A DNA stretch of 64,000 nt from a virus. This document shows, one piece after another, positions 48,701-55,900 of the stretch. The first letter of the stretch is position 1; each line of letters opens with the position of its first letter. Under the pieces are notes generated by a model that was given only the letters and a program-made list of their open reading frames with translations, made no database searches and was not told the origin of the DNA. The stretch lies in the IMG/VR virus record IMGVR_UViG_3300037485_000225, positions 1 through 64,000 of that record; one strand, written 5' to 3'. The position numbers and the translations under genes are program-made.

Positions 48701-51700
48701 TATTAAACGCACATACACTCCAATTAAACCAATTGTAGCTGGTGCTAAATTAAGTAACAATACTTGGAATGATATAATATTAGATAAATTCTCTCTTTAT
48801 CCATTGTCTTTCAGGGTGTTACATGAAATTAACACTAACACTAATAAGCCTACATCTAATGCTCTTAAGATGTATGAGAAGATGCAAGCAGAAGATATTG
48901 ATTATGTAGTATTTGAAAGTGCTAGAAAGGTGGGAGCTGAGGAAACACATGATGTATATAATGAAGAAGATGGATCATTTAATGATCGTCCTTTTCAAGG
49001 GGTTATTCAAGTTCCATTTGCTATTATAAGTATACAATCTGAAGTTCCTTCTCATGAAGATGGGTTGGTAACAAGAGGATCTCAAATGACTAAATTAGCT
49101 ACATTAGACTTCATGGAAGCTGGTATACCTGTTGATTTTGTACATAATGATAGTGTAGAATTCACCACTAAGAGATATGAAGCTTGGTATAATTTATCAG
49201 AAGTAGATAGAGAAGCAGCATCTCCTTTATATAAAGAGATTAAGAATAATCAAAATCTATTAGAAGAATTAATGGAGATAGGTATTGAATCTTTAGCTAA
49301 TAGATTTGATATTAAAATAATTAAAAATTTAGATAAGGATGGTAAAGTTATTAGAAGTTTTGAGTTAGGTGACATTAAAAAAGTGGCTACTACATTACAA
49401 AAAGAACTTACAAAGAGAGAAATTAATGTTAATATTAGTGAGGCTTTAAAAGACTATAAGTCTGGAAGTGTTGTAATAGAAGCTACTCCTGCATACAGGC
49501 AGATTAGAAATGTTCTATATTCTATTGCTGACAGAGAAGTGATATCTCCATCAATGCCTGGTGGAATGCTGGTACAAATCACTTCTTCATTATTAGAGTC
49601 TGTAAAAGCTAAGAAAGTAACCATCAATGGTAAGACAGGATATACATCTGATACATTAAGTTTTTATAAGAAAGATGGTAAACAAGTCTGTGGAATCATG
49701 GTGGCTAGATGGTTTGATAGCAAAAAGACTGATAAAGAACTATTAGATGAGTGGTATGATACAGACAAAGATGGTAACAAAACTCTTACAGAAGAGGGTA
49801 GAAAAATTCTATCTGGTGTAGCATTTCGTACTCCAACACAAAAGCAAAACTCAATGGAGAGTTTTGTTATTGAAGGATTTCTTCCTAGGGAGTTTGGTGA
49901 CTCTGTTGTTGTACCTTCAGAATTAGTTGCTAAGGTTGGATCTGACTTTGATATAGATAAATTAAGTATATATTTAAAAAATGTACTTGTAAACAAAGAA
50001 ACTGGTGAAGTTAAACTTATGCCTTACAAAGGAATAGGTAAAGCTGCTAGAGATACATTTAACAATGTAGATGATTATAAAAAGTCTTTGGAGAATGCTT
50101 ATATTGAATCTTTACAGAATTTAATATCTAATCCTCTAAACTATGATAAATTAGTTACAGCTAACTCAGCTAAGCCATTAGAAGATTTAGCTAAAGAAAT
50201 TACAAAGAAAGTAACAGGGGTAGAATTTGACTATAAGTCAGTTGACAATATGTTAAGTAGAACTTATATGTCTGAATTAAGACATGCGTTTGTAAATGGT
50301 AAACAAGCAATTGGTGTTGCTGCAGTGAATAATACAAATCATTCATTAAATCAACGCTCAACTATTTATATTGACTTAAATAAATTAGTCAATATGAGTA
50401 AGCAAGATCAATATTGGTTAGGTGATGGTAAGCTTAAGTTTAAGAAGTATAATACAATTAATCTAAATGGTAGTTCTGTTGCTACATTATCAATGATTAA
50501 AAACAAGGCAGGAGAACTTATTTCAGATACTCTTGGTATGTTCATTGATGGATATGTAGATGTTACTAAAAATGGTCCATGGATTATGCAATTAGGTGCA
50601 ACACCTAGTGTAGCTTCTACATGGATGTTCTTAACAAAGATTGGTGTGCCTATTAGAACCACTGCTTATTTCATGAATCAACCTATTGTTCGTGACTATC
50701 TAAAACAATTAGAAAATCAAGGAACTTCATGGTTATTCAACAATAGTGTTATGTCAGACATGTACATCAAGTATGCAACTAATTCAAAATTAGAAATTGA
50801 AGAATTACCTTCTGAGAAAGAATTAGGTGAGATGGTTGGTAAGACAGACCTAACTGCAGATGAGAAAAAGCAACAACAATTCATATTGGGAGAATTCTTA
50901 AAGTATGCTAAGATGGCTGAGCATATGTTCTTAATGATTCAAGGAACTAACTTTGATACAGCATCTTTCAATGATCCATATTTAATAACTAAAAAGTTAG
51001 TTCAATTAGAAAAGGCTAGAAACACTCTATTCTCTTCTGCAGATGATTTATTAAATAGTTCATTTATTGGTAAGCTTAGCAGAATTATTATTGAATTAAG
51101 AGAAGCCCTATCTAAAATTCTTAAATCTGATGAAGGTAAAATTAGAGAGGTTGTAGAAGATGTTCTATCTAACTATACAGATATGAACGATAGAGACTTT
51201 ACAAGGACTGCTCAAAGAGTTGTATCTACATTATTTGATTGGGCTGTACAAACTGATAAAGGATTAAACGCTCAAATTACAGAAGCTTTATTATCTAAAG
51301 ACAATACAGCTAAAAAGATTACTGATTTCATTGAGCCTATTATAGCTCCTGGAAGCACACATCCTTTAGCTAACAACCACGTAATCAAGATATTAAAACC
51401 TGAATTTGCTGATAAGATTAAAGGAAAACAAGCAAACAACTTAAGTCTTGTTAATAAGGGCAATAAGGTGTATGACCAAAACCAAATCATCTATTCATTT
51501 AAAGAGTTGAAAAACTATTTAAATAGTGTAAACAATCTTGAGTTGTATGATAAGTTAGTCACTCTTGCTGTATTACAATCTGGTCTATCAGAAAACAAGT
51601 TTTCATTTACATCTCTACTTCCTTATGAAGATACTAAGGCTATATATAATAATGTCTTAGCTGATTTACAGGAGATGCCTACATTAAGAAACTTTGCTGA

Positions 51701-52916
51701 CTTAAATGTATTTGAAAGAAACTATTGGAACTATGATGACATTGTTAAGAATAGAAGAGCTAGAGTTTCATTTAATTGGGAAACTAACTCATATGAGTAT
51801 AATAAAAATATGGAATTTAGTGGTGCTGATTATGTATCTCCTATTACAGTTGCAATAAAAGAAAAAGCTATTCCTCAATTAATAAAGCTAAGTACATTAG
51901 CTAGAGAAGCTAATAGTGATGTATTTGTATACACTTGGAAGGAAATCCCTAAAGGAAGAACAGAAGCCCAAATGAAAAAAGAAGGTGATTTTTCTTATAT
52001 TAAGAAGGGATTGTTTAAGAAGGTGTATAAAGATGGTGTTGCTTTAGAAGTTAAAGGTGCAGGCAAAGCTGTTAATTATATATACAAAATGATTAATGCT
52101 TGGGGAGAAGGAATAAAAGCTAATGAGTTTTATACAACAGGACAAAAGTCTGTAATAGATAATGGTTTTGAGAAGACAAATGAAATGGAAGATAAGGTGA
52201 TTACACCATACTTTGATCGACAAATTTCAAAAAAAGTTGTATCTTCACAACCTATGACTGGTATTATGGATTTAACAAGAGATGAACTATTAGAAGACTA
52301 TAGTCAAACTACAGGTCTTCCTGTGGGAACTACTATAAATTTTCAAGAAGAACCTACATCAGGATATAGAAATAGAACAATTAAGAATGCAAGTGCTGAT
52401 GCAACTATTGCATTAGCTCATGATTTTAATTCTGCTGGTGAAAAGTTAACTAAGTCTTCTGTATTAAATCAAAATAAGAAATATATACCTTTAACTATTC
52501 CTAGAAAGACAGAAACTTCTGATATTAATAAAGCTGATATAAGAACTCAAGTTAATATTGTAGTAGACCAATTAAATTCAGTAAATGCTAAAACATTGAA
52601 CATAGCAGGAAATGGTATATATACTATGAGAGATGCTGGATGGAATCAAGAAGAAGTAGATTTGATGACTTATAGAATATTAAAAGGTGTTGTAGAATCT
52701 CCTAATCTTAAGAATAAAATAGTTTCTCTTAGAACTGGTGGACAAACAGGATTTGATGAAGCTGGAGCTAAGGCTGGAATTAAATTAGGAATACCTACTA
52801 CTATACTAGCTCCAAAAGGCTGGACATTTAGAAACATAGCTGGTCAAGATATTTCTAATGAACAACAATTTAAAGCTAGATTTGGTAAATCTGAAGAAGA
52901 TCCTTTTCCATGTTAA
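39753..52916 (+). CDS. giant (4387 aa) multidomain protein with a two-barrel (DPBB) RNA polymerase core; probable virion-packaged, ejected RNAP
   Basis: Uninterrupted 13.2-kb ORF. Near aa 3340-3405, FRTPTQKQNSMESFVIEGFLPREFGDSVVVPSELVAKVGSDFDIDKL lines up with the beta-prime/Rpb1 catalytic barrel [43 protein letters not shown]. Shared residues are R.PT...SM..F, IEG, P..LV.A and D-F-D-x-D. Upstream near aa 2985-3095, IKPIVAGAKL...LYPLSFRVLHEI...VTRGSQMTKLATLDFMEAG resembles the beta-subunit barrel GDKMAGRHGNKG...LNPLGVPSRMNIGQILE...GGQRFGEMEV. The N-terminus has two Gly/Ala-rich hydrophobic segments. The C-terminus has a DprA/SLOG-like motif. Confidence 0.7.
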   Translation: MALPTKETLQNAERVIPDATERTLVEYPSNIPKFQMNLETATGGGNQQSDAYSRALLLASPTKPSNLTSSSTFSYNPLQIDTSGRYDRFILGQDNEDIQGKLQSGWDQAANGLVKGLGIAGTTFLDGTVGLIAGLTSSIANGSLNKFYNNDFTNYMDSLNKSMENKLPNYYTASERDAKWYEAENLFTANFFWDKIIKNLGFSAGAIGAGAVTAGLLSKVPALFGISKAGKLAQVADALEVGLKGVPEIERAAKAADIIAQTSKTINTLNKLSSVDRAVVAGLSAATEGGIEALQGLNSYRDKLIAQYQDTYGEYPPEDVLNKINNRAEDLGNARFGLNVLLLSATNYIQLPRILGSSYRSGKNTLINSAKTNLETGLLESSLPTKGIGKALYKARNVASLFFSPTEGFEEGAQYAIERGTQSYYNKKNYVKDESLGSFINSFSEAAGEGIKAVGDKEGMESILIGALSGGIQQAGFVGMYKNEQGNNRVGIGKGGAIGERGFTGYGGEMAKNTEDLIKQSKRFSLKGDEWLKDTKAGVKRGVVLQEEFDQHVRIGDVLEAKDTEFDYQHNYLLPRIKYGRYDLVKDDIDYYKGLASTQEGFDELKKKGIASELDTQQSFIDRIDNFAEHAKVVNSLNESLNLRYAGVVYKDTNKRAYSDDAIEQMIYAAAKISDYDKRVPQLTDKLVAAGIVVSNVLDDIISEGLPKEEVVKQAINDIDKLDVIEDVKVELKENLRDAVELSIRRKDFIDEYSNIKKNPAKYTEDKGDKPLNTNVQTVKIVTKTGEKDIVVGEELFLGNTVKYTSKGEEVRGFPRLTILGENEDGSIKIKDSNGDIRDISKSELADYKLSKVSDTLTNKTAAYYLAHVNDVFQYNFGQASEDKKRPGRLEYDNGKLFFVYKNYKGEIKRKQIDNSHFIAQEGFRDARIKTVGTLTAESAEKKAAREAFTSAEELKKQQQTLAQNRDNRLEIITELSNEHIAKLEAIEKKLEAKKEQLQKVTEDLEELKTLEKRDLSGNIIVRPFNTVLSKAMRGISTLNNTKDALEKEIAELTADKDELEFNIAYFEDFKQNLDELPENSGQFLEELKFQILIAEELRDKTQDNIKSLGGIIQKIDSAIKDFTQLLKDAFAKFDQDYPSYIKDEFERIINEGSTLSDLPSLKQFIADYVLLNDTKKEISLNKEKVSKLSDEINDLFKDFIEVQKDYDAKKLILDKFQEVADKYRQMKAEEDVLKKDKALQNVIDQSADKGIQTVEHNKPFEAMPKKSNEKIPNSTVAPVQGLSQESELAEHHVRANKFGVNFYDLPGHENFRGVIVTSENESQLGLGGTMVDGEYVGGLMNHLKNAGINPEDVDSKRTIALVMVSVDPNNGEKHLIGVDGQRLESPTVDNAIYQVFPENIDRMFRDDVDDDTKKQIIDDYRKWRNETIANPINDAHEIEASFGVPDYVQRVLENGDSERDYEADGVPVSDSALLTEEDIRTKRVVGIPTTDGAQTRGSVTFNNVKGLPLLFTSNGMVRLRNRQINNEEATLIHKVLVELSDILYDPKYKNWQSPKAQALLNWLKSVSYWGTPKDAEGNRKPAGYNSMFVENMELIMSEDETIRFAFTPSNIRDNKDAIIAEIEKLYGNVNSTMVTGGKSGEWNKPYVQITNIAEDGSIETKTWKNYQSFLLSKVDPDGKPRIAKEIPLTTQIRPVKDANDVNRKGVYFTVTDRNNADTEAVEVSPTAATVTQTTPYGTEAGPTLTTSTESVDKKADIERRRQEELDKYNSGDITVAGVKAINDKYNAELAALESGKTAAPVATQTTPTTSYVFDNKTQNVVTFPNLGPVSFILDLNKYNSSERKEGIAMAVPDTTLENMVVKLVNNSAQSGITQDSPEEQQNALAENVLRALVKKEIDKQLNAQVVAPTVVLPVTVEQERQAAEISVIDSSLQQKINQVAAQGDTAMSSQYRIKLVETFKKFQKEDWSKVETWLKANFPNIPVYRVKNMIQATNGRQAWGMLHDGAIYLSADNEIGTVYHEVFEAVWKMFTTPQERAKVAKEFRARKGSFIERETADEVKFADATDAQMKEQLAEEFRNMSLTGKNVGVATEGMSTTRRILNEIWEAIKAFFTGDKAQTNTANLFDRIGNGFYKEYIPEEAGLSFANRGFIDIEDAVGNDDSEFSLAVFSGEQIHDIIQHMTYTLVKDLFSTNQGLFEMRDEKKKDVYARLKQEMELLMAQNIVSISKITNEKLSEEDKADKIKNFRQLNILINLNWDLLQEKHEEYIKSYSIQFDENDGSIRTDEDNDGKGTMYGDANKIDVFKKANSAIKILLASLPVVDVNGDPLPSSIGGFSLIPMSEVFISVMNNTHTAKNIDEMVADIQDMAKNDIRYQKLFNRITKGKNIEDFDNEEDIKLLTALWATFKKQSPDVKNVYILENGDIQVGDSNFSTAARQVKQEFVNDIKKSISNGSKYFRYSEKAGAFVGEIDSINDVKLNSLQAQVNFMKDLGIDFDYKKLVKMPEKGMFSIAVNGIRESISKANKIISFNGQALSIDGRLRQLSEIKAKMDNPEFSSTYYNVKGELTQTFIGTNAASDLYNTLSQISNISELQGTQYEYLLTDTFAKNSTLLGLMFDLVTGKRIEGSNNYMKTGYADGVVDQETGKQKQSSKLNSRERMMQEINLNLSGYYLNLIPGDSSIEWMMYMGNKIKPDDLLLNRQAIFDVFKGYFIDELNLSRENRKVVEGRNSKDLRFFKNILGEKVHNDIITEKGTAEEIYGDYEKKINTALNKFFDTQREVLKNTLSDFKLIEQYENTWVSESLNFDKKEFTNETLDIQLDALNASFAINNIELHKLLYSDPYQYADELKRIKSFSSPRQAIINGSIALNKAFQKVWNKAFKPGEIGYTNFERDFFRSTTLTEIMGIDDAGMYDAYKEGDGGGMISLNALRNFKIRASQWDSGQERQYKYDVAWEKQYKFYKKVKGVSLNAQDKKILAKGNPNIKRTYTPIKPIVAGAKLSNNTWNDIILDKFSLYPLSFRVLHEINTNTNKPTSNALKMYEKMQAEDIDYVVFESARKVGAEETHDVYNEEDGSFNDRPFQGVIQVPFAIISIQSEVPSHEDGLVTRGSQMTKLATLDFMEAGIPVDFVHNDSVEFTTKRYEAWYNLSEVDREAASPLYKEIKNNQNLLEELMEIGIESLANRFDIKIIKNLDKDGKVIRSFELGDIKKVATTLQKELTKREINVNISEALKDYKSGSVVIEATPAYRQIRNVLYSIADREVISPSMPGGMLVQITSSLLESVKAKKVTINGKTGYTSDTLSFYKKDGKQVCGIMVARWFDSKKTDKELLDEWYDTDKDGNKTLTEEGRKILSGVAFRTPTQKQNSMESFVIEGFLPREFGDSVVVPSELVAKVGSDFDIDKLSIYLKNVLVNKETGEVKLMPYKGIGKAARDTFNNVDDYKKSLENAYIESLQNLISNPLNYDKLVTANSAKPLEDLAKEITKKVTGVEFDYKSVDNMLSRTYMSELRHAFVNGKQAIGVAAVNNTNHSLNQRSTIYIDLNKLVNMSKQDQYWLGDGKLKFKKYNTINLNGSSVATLSMIKNKAGELISDTLGMFIDGYVDVTKNGPWIMQLGATPSVASTWMFLTKIGVPIRTTAYFMNQPIVRDYLKQLENQGTSWLFNNSVMSDMYIKYATNSKLEIEELPSEKELGEMVGKTDLTADEKKQQQFILGEFLKYAKMAEHMFLMIQGTNFDTASFNDPYLITKKLVQLEKARNTLFSSADDLLNSSFIGKLSRIIIELREALSKILKSDEGKIREVVEDVLSNYTDMNDRDFTRTAQRVVSTLFDWAVQTDKGLNAQITEALLSKDNTAKKITDFIEPIIAPGSTHPLANNHVIKILKPEFADKIKGKQANNLSLVNKGNKVYDQNQIIYSFKELKNYLNSVNNLELYDKLVTLAVLQSGLSENKFSFTSLLPYEDTKAIYNNVLADLQEMPTLRNFADLNVFERNYWNYDDIVKNRRARVSFNWETNSYEYNKNMEFSGADYVSPITVAIKEKAIPQLIKLSTLAREANSDVFVYTWKEIPKGRTEAQMKKEGDFSYIKKGLFKKVYKDGVALEVKGAGKAVNYIYKMINAWGEGIKANEFYTTGQKSVIDNGFEKTNEMEDKVITPYFDRQISKKVVSSQPMTGIMDLTRDELLEDYSQTTGLPVGTTINFQEEPTSGYRNRTIKNASADATIALAHDFNSAGEKLTKSSVLNQNKKYIPLTIPRKTETSDINKADIRTQVNIVVDQLNSVNAKTLNIAGNGIYTMRDAGWNQEEVDLMTYRILKGVVESPNLKNKIVSLRTGGQTGFDEAGAKAGIKLGIPTTILAPKGWTFRNIAGQDISNEQQFKARFGKSEEDPFPC

Positions 52917-52930
52917 AATAAAATAATACA

Positions 52931-55900
52931 ATGCTTTGTAACGTAAGAACAAATTCAGTTAATAGTTTAATAAAGAAAGGTGCAATAGATAGTAGTATGA
53001 CTATCATTGATGGTGAGTTATTTAATGAACTTAATCAAACATATTCTGATATTGCTAAAACTAAATATGGTGTAAAGAATGATGGATTGTTATTTAGTAA
53101 ACAATCTAAAGAAGTTCCACGTTTAGGAGCTTCTGTATATTATAGAGAAGATACAAAAAGTGTTCTTAAGGCTGTAGGCAATGATGAGATGTTTGAGGAA
53201 TTACAAAACAATTATAATAGTCAAACAGGACAATCATTTCAATTAGACTCTGTTCCTGCTTCTAAATCTTCTCCTGAACTAATTGCTAAAATAATGGCAG
53301 TTGGTAAACAAATGGGTATTGATTTTCAAGACCTTGCAACATATGCTAAGAAAACAGGACTTGACACTAAAGATATAGCTGGTGTAGCTGATCTTTTTAG
53401 GGGTGTAGTGGCAGTGGCTGAAGGAAGAGAAGACCAAGCATTAACAGAAGAGATAGTTCACATAGCTACAGCTATATTAGAACAGACTAATCCTCAGCTT
53501 ATTACATCGCTTATTTCACAAATAGGTAAGTATAAAATCTACAATGTTACACTTGATGCTTATAAGAATAAAAAAGAATACCAACTATCTAATGGCAAAC
53601 CTGACATTCGTAAAATAAAAAAGGAAGCAGTAGATAAGTTAATTGTTGAAATGATGATTAACCAATCAGAAGGTTCAACAGACTTTCCTGAATTGATGGA
53701 AAAGAAAGACAGAAATGCTGTACAAAGAATGTGGGATGCAGTGTTAGAAGCTATTAGAAGTTTATATAGAAAAAGTAAAATAGATCTGTTTGGTGAGACT
53801 GCTGCTAGAATAGCTGCAGGTGATGTGAAAGGAACAGTGGCAGATATCAAAGAGGGGGGTGTGTTTTTTCAAACTGAACAAATTGAAGCTCTTAATAAAT
53901 ACTATGATCAAATTATAGATAAAGATGGTAGACTTAAAATAGTTCTTGAAACAAAAGATGCTAATGGTAATGTGATTAAAAAGAGACATCGTATGTTTGA
54001 TGGCACTATAGAGGTAGAACAAAGTGTTACTGAAAAAGCCAAAGGACAAAAAAAATATGAGGAAGCTGCTCCAGAGCAACAGATCAAGTATGACCAAATG
54101 AAAGATTGGGGAACTGTTGGTCATGATTTTATGAGAGATGTATTTAATAATGAGTTGATTGATGCTAATGGTTATAAAAAAGCTGAAACTCCTACTAATA
54201 TTAAGACTACATTAAACCCAGATTTACAAAAGAAAATAAGAGATTTTGCAAGAGAGTTGATTAATTCTTACAAACCAGGCACACGATTCATTATAGAAAG
54301 ACAAGTTATAAATGATAAAGTGAAAGGCATGATTGCTTCCACTGTGGATTTTAAAGCTCTTGAGCCTAATACAGATCCTAAAACTATGGATAAAATTCCA
54401 TTTTATATAGACACTCTTGACTGGAAATTTACTTCTCTTAATAAAGAAAATAATGAAGATATCCCTTTCCCTAAACAAAAAGAATGGAAGATTCAAATGG
54501 GAGAGTATGGAAAGATGGATATTGTTTATGGAGCTAAGTATGAACAACTTAGAAAACAAAGAATGATTCAGTTCATTGCTGGATATACCCCTAAAATAAA
54601 AGATGATAAGACTAGTCCATTAGTACTTACAACATTAGAAATTGGTAAGTTAGATAACGTAAAAGAAACTAACCTATACTTATTACCTGTAGCATTAGAT
54701 ACAGAAACTACAGGAAATAAAGAAGTGGACAGCTTAGTTAAATCATTAAGAACATATTACGAAAAATTATATATTGCACCTGTTACTGAAGGAAAGAAGT
54801 GGGTTAAAAAGAAGACAGATTTAAATCAAATCTCTAAAGCTATTCGTCACTTACATATGCAATTAAACTTTGAACCTTTATATAATACATCTAAAACGTT
54901 CTTGAATAATGCAGCGGAGTCATTTAAAAGCTTTGAAAATGTTGATTATAATAAATTAACAAAAGAAGAGATTGAAGATAAGTTGAAAGACTTATTAGAA
55001 TTACAAAGAAGTGCTGAGAAGTTTACTAGATTAGACGAAGTGTTCTTAACTACATTTCCTCCAGGTACCCAACTTAATGAAAAGGATAATGCAACATTAA
55101 AGAACTTAAGACAAGTTGCACGATCTACACAAGAGATGGAGAATAAGATTATTAAGCTATCTCAAAACTATGTTAAGTGGCTCGTTGTTAAAACAGGAGT
55201 TCTTGAAGAAGCTTTTGCAGAAGAAGCAATAAATGCTGAAGTGGAAGTGGATACTATGTCCAAAACCTTTTTAGAGGGTTCTAAACTAGATCCTGTATTA
55301 ACTAGAACAGCAGCTAAATTAGTTCAAGATTCATCTAACTTAGCAGCTATCAAAACTGGAAGGATGATTAATGCTTTTGCTAAGTTATTAGCTCCTTTAC
55401 AAAAACAGGCTGATGCTTTTGGTAAATCTGCTTTTGATATGATTGGTAAAGTGAGTGGTGGAAACTTAGAGCTATTTAAAAAAATTGATAGTCAATTCTT
55501 TAAAGATTTAAAGAAAGCTAAAGAAGATAAGAATAAACAATTCTTACTAGACAATATGAATGTTGCAGAATATAATAAGCTATCTAAACAACAAATTGAT
55601 GATGAGATAGAAGTTATTAATAAAACAACATATTCTACTAATAGCGATGATAACTTTGATATACAACAACGTAGAATCAAAAATGTAAGAAATGAGTTTG
55701 ATATAAATCGTGAAACATTTAATGGTTATAATAGCTATCAGTTTAAAAAACTATATGAAAAAGTTATAAAAGAAGAAGATCATTATTCTGAGGAGTATAA
55801 GGAGATGCAGAAAAATAAACCTGCATTAGATATGTGGGAATTCTTAACTGCTTTGAATCAAGAAGCTATTAATATGGGATATTTAAACAAACAAGGTTTG

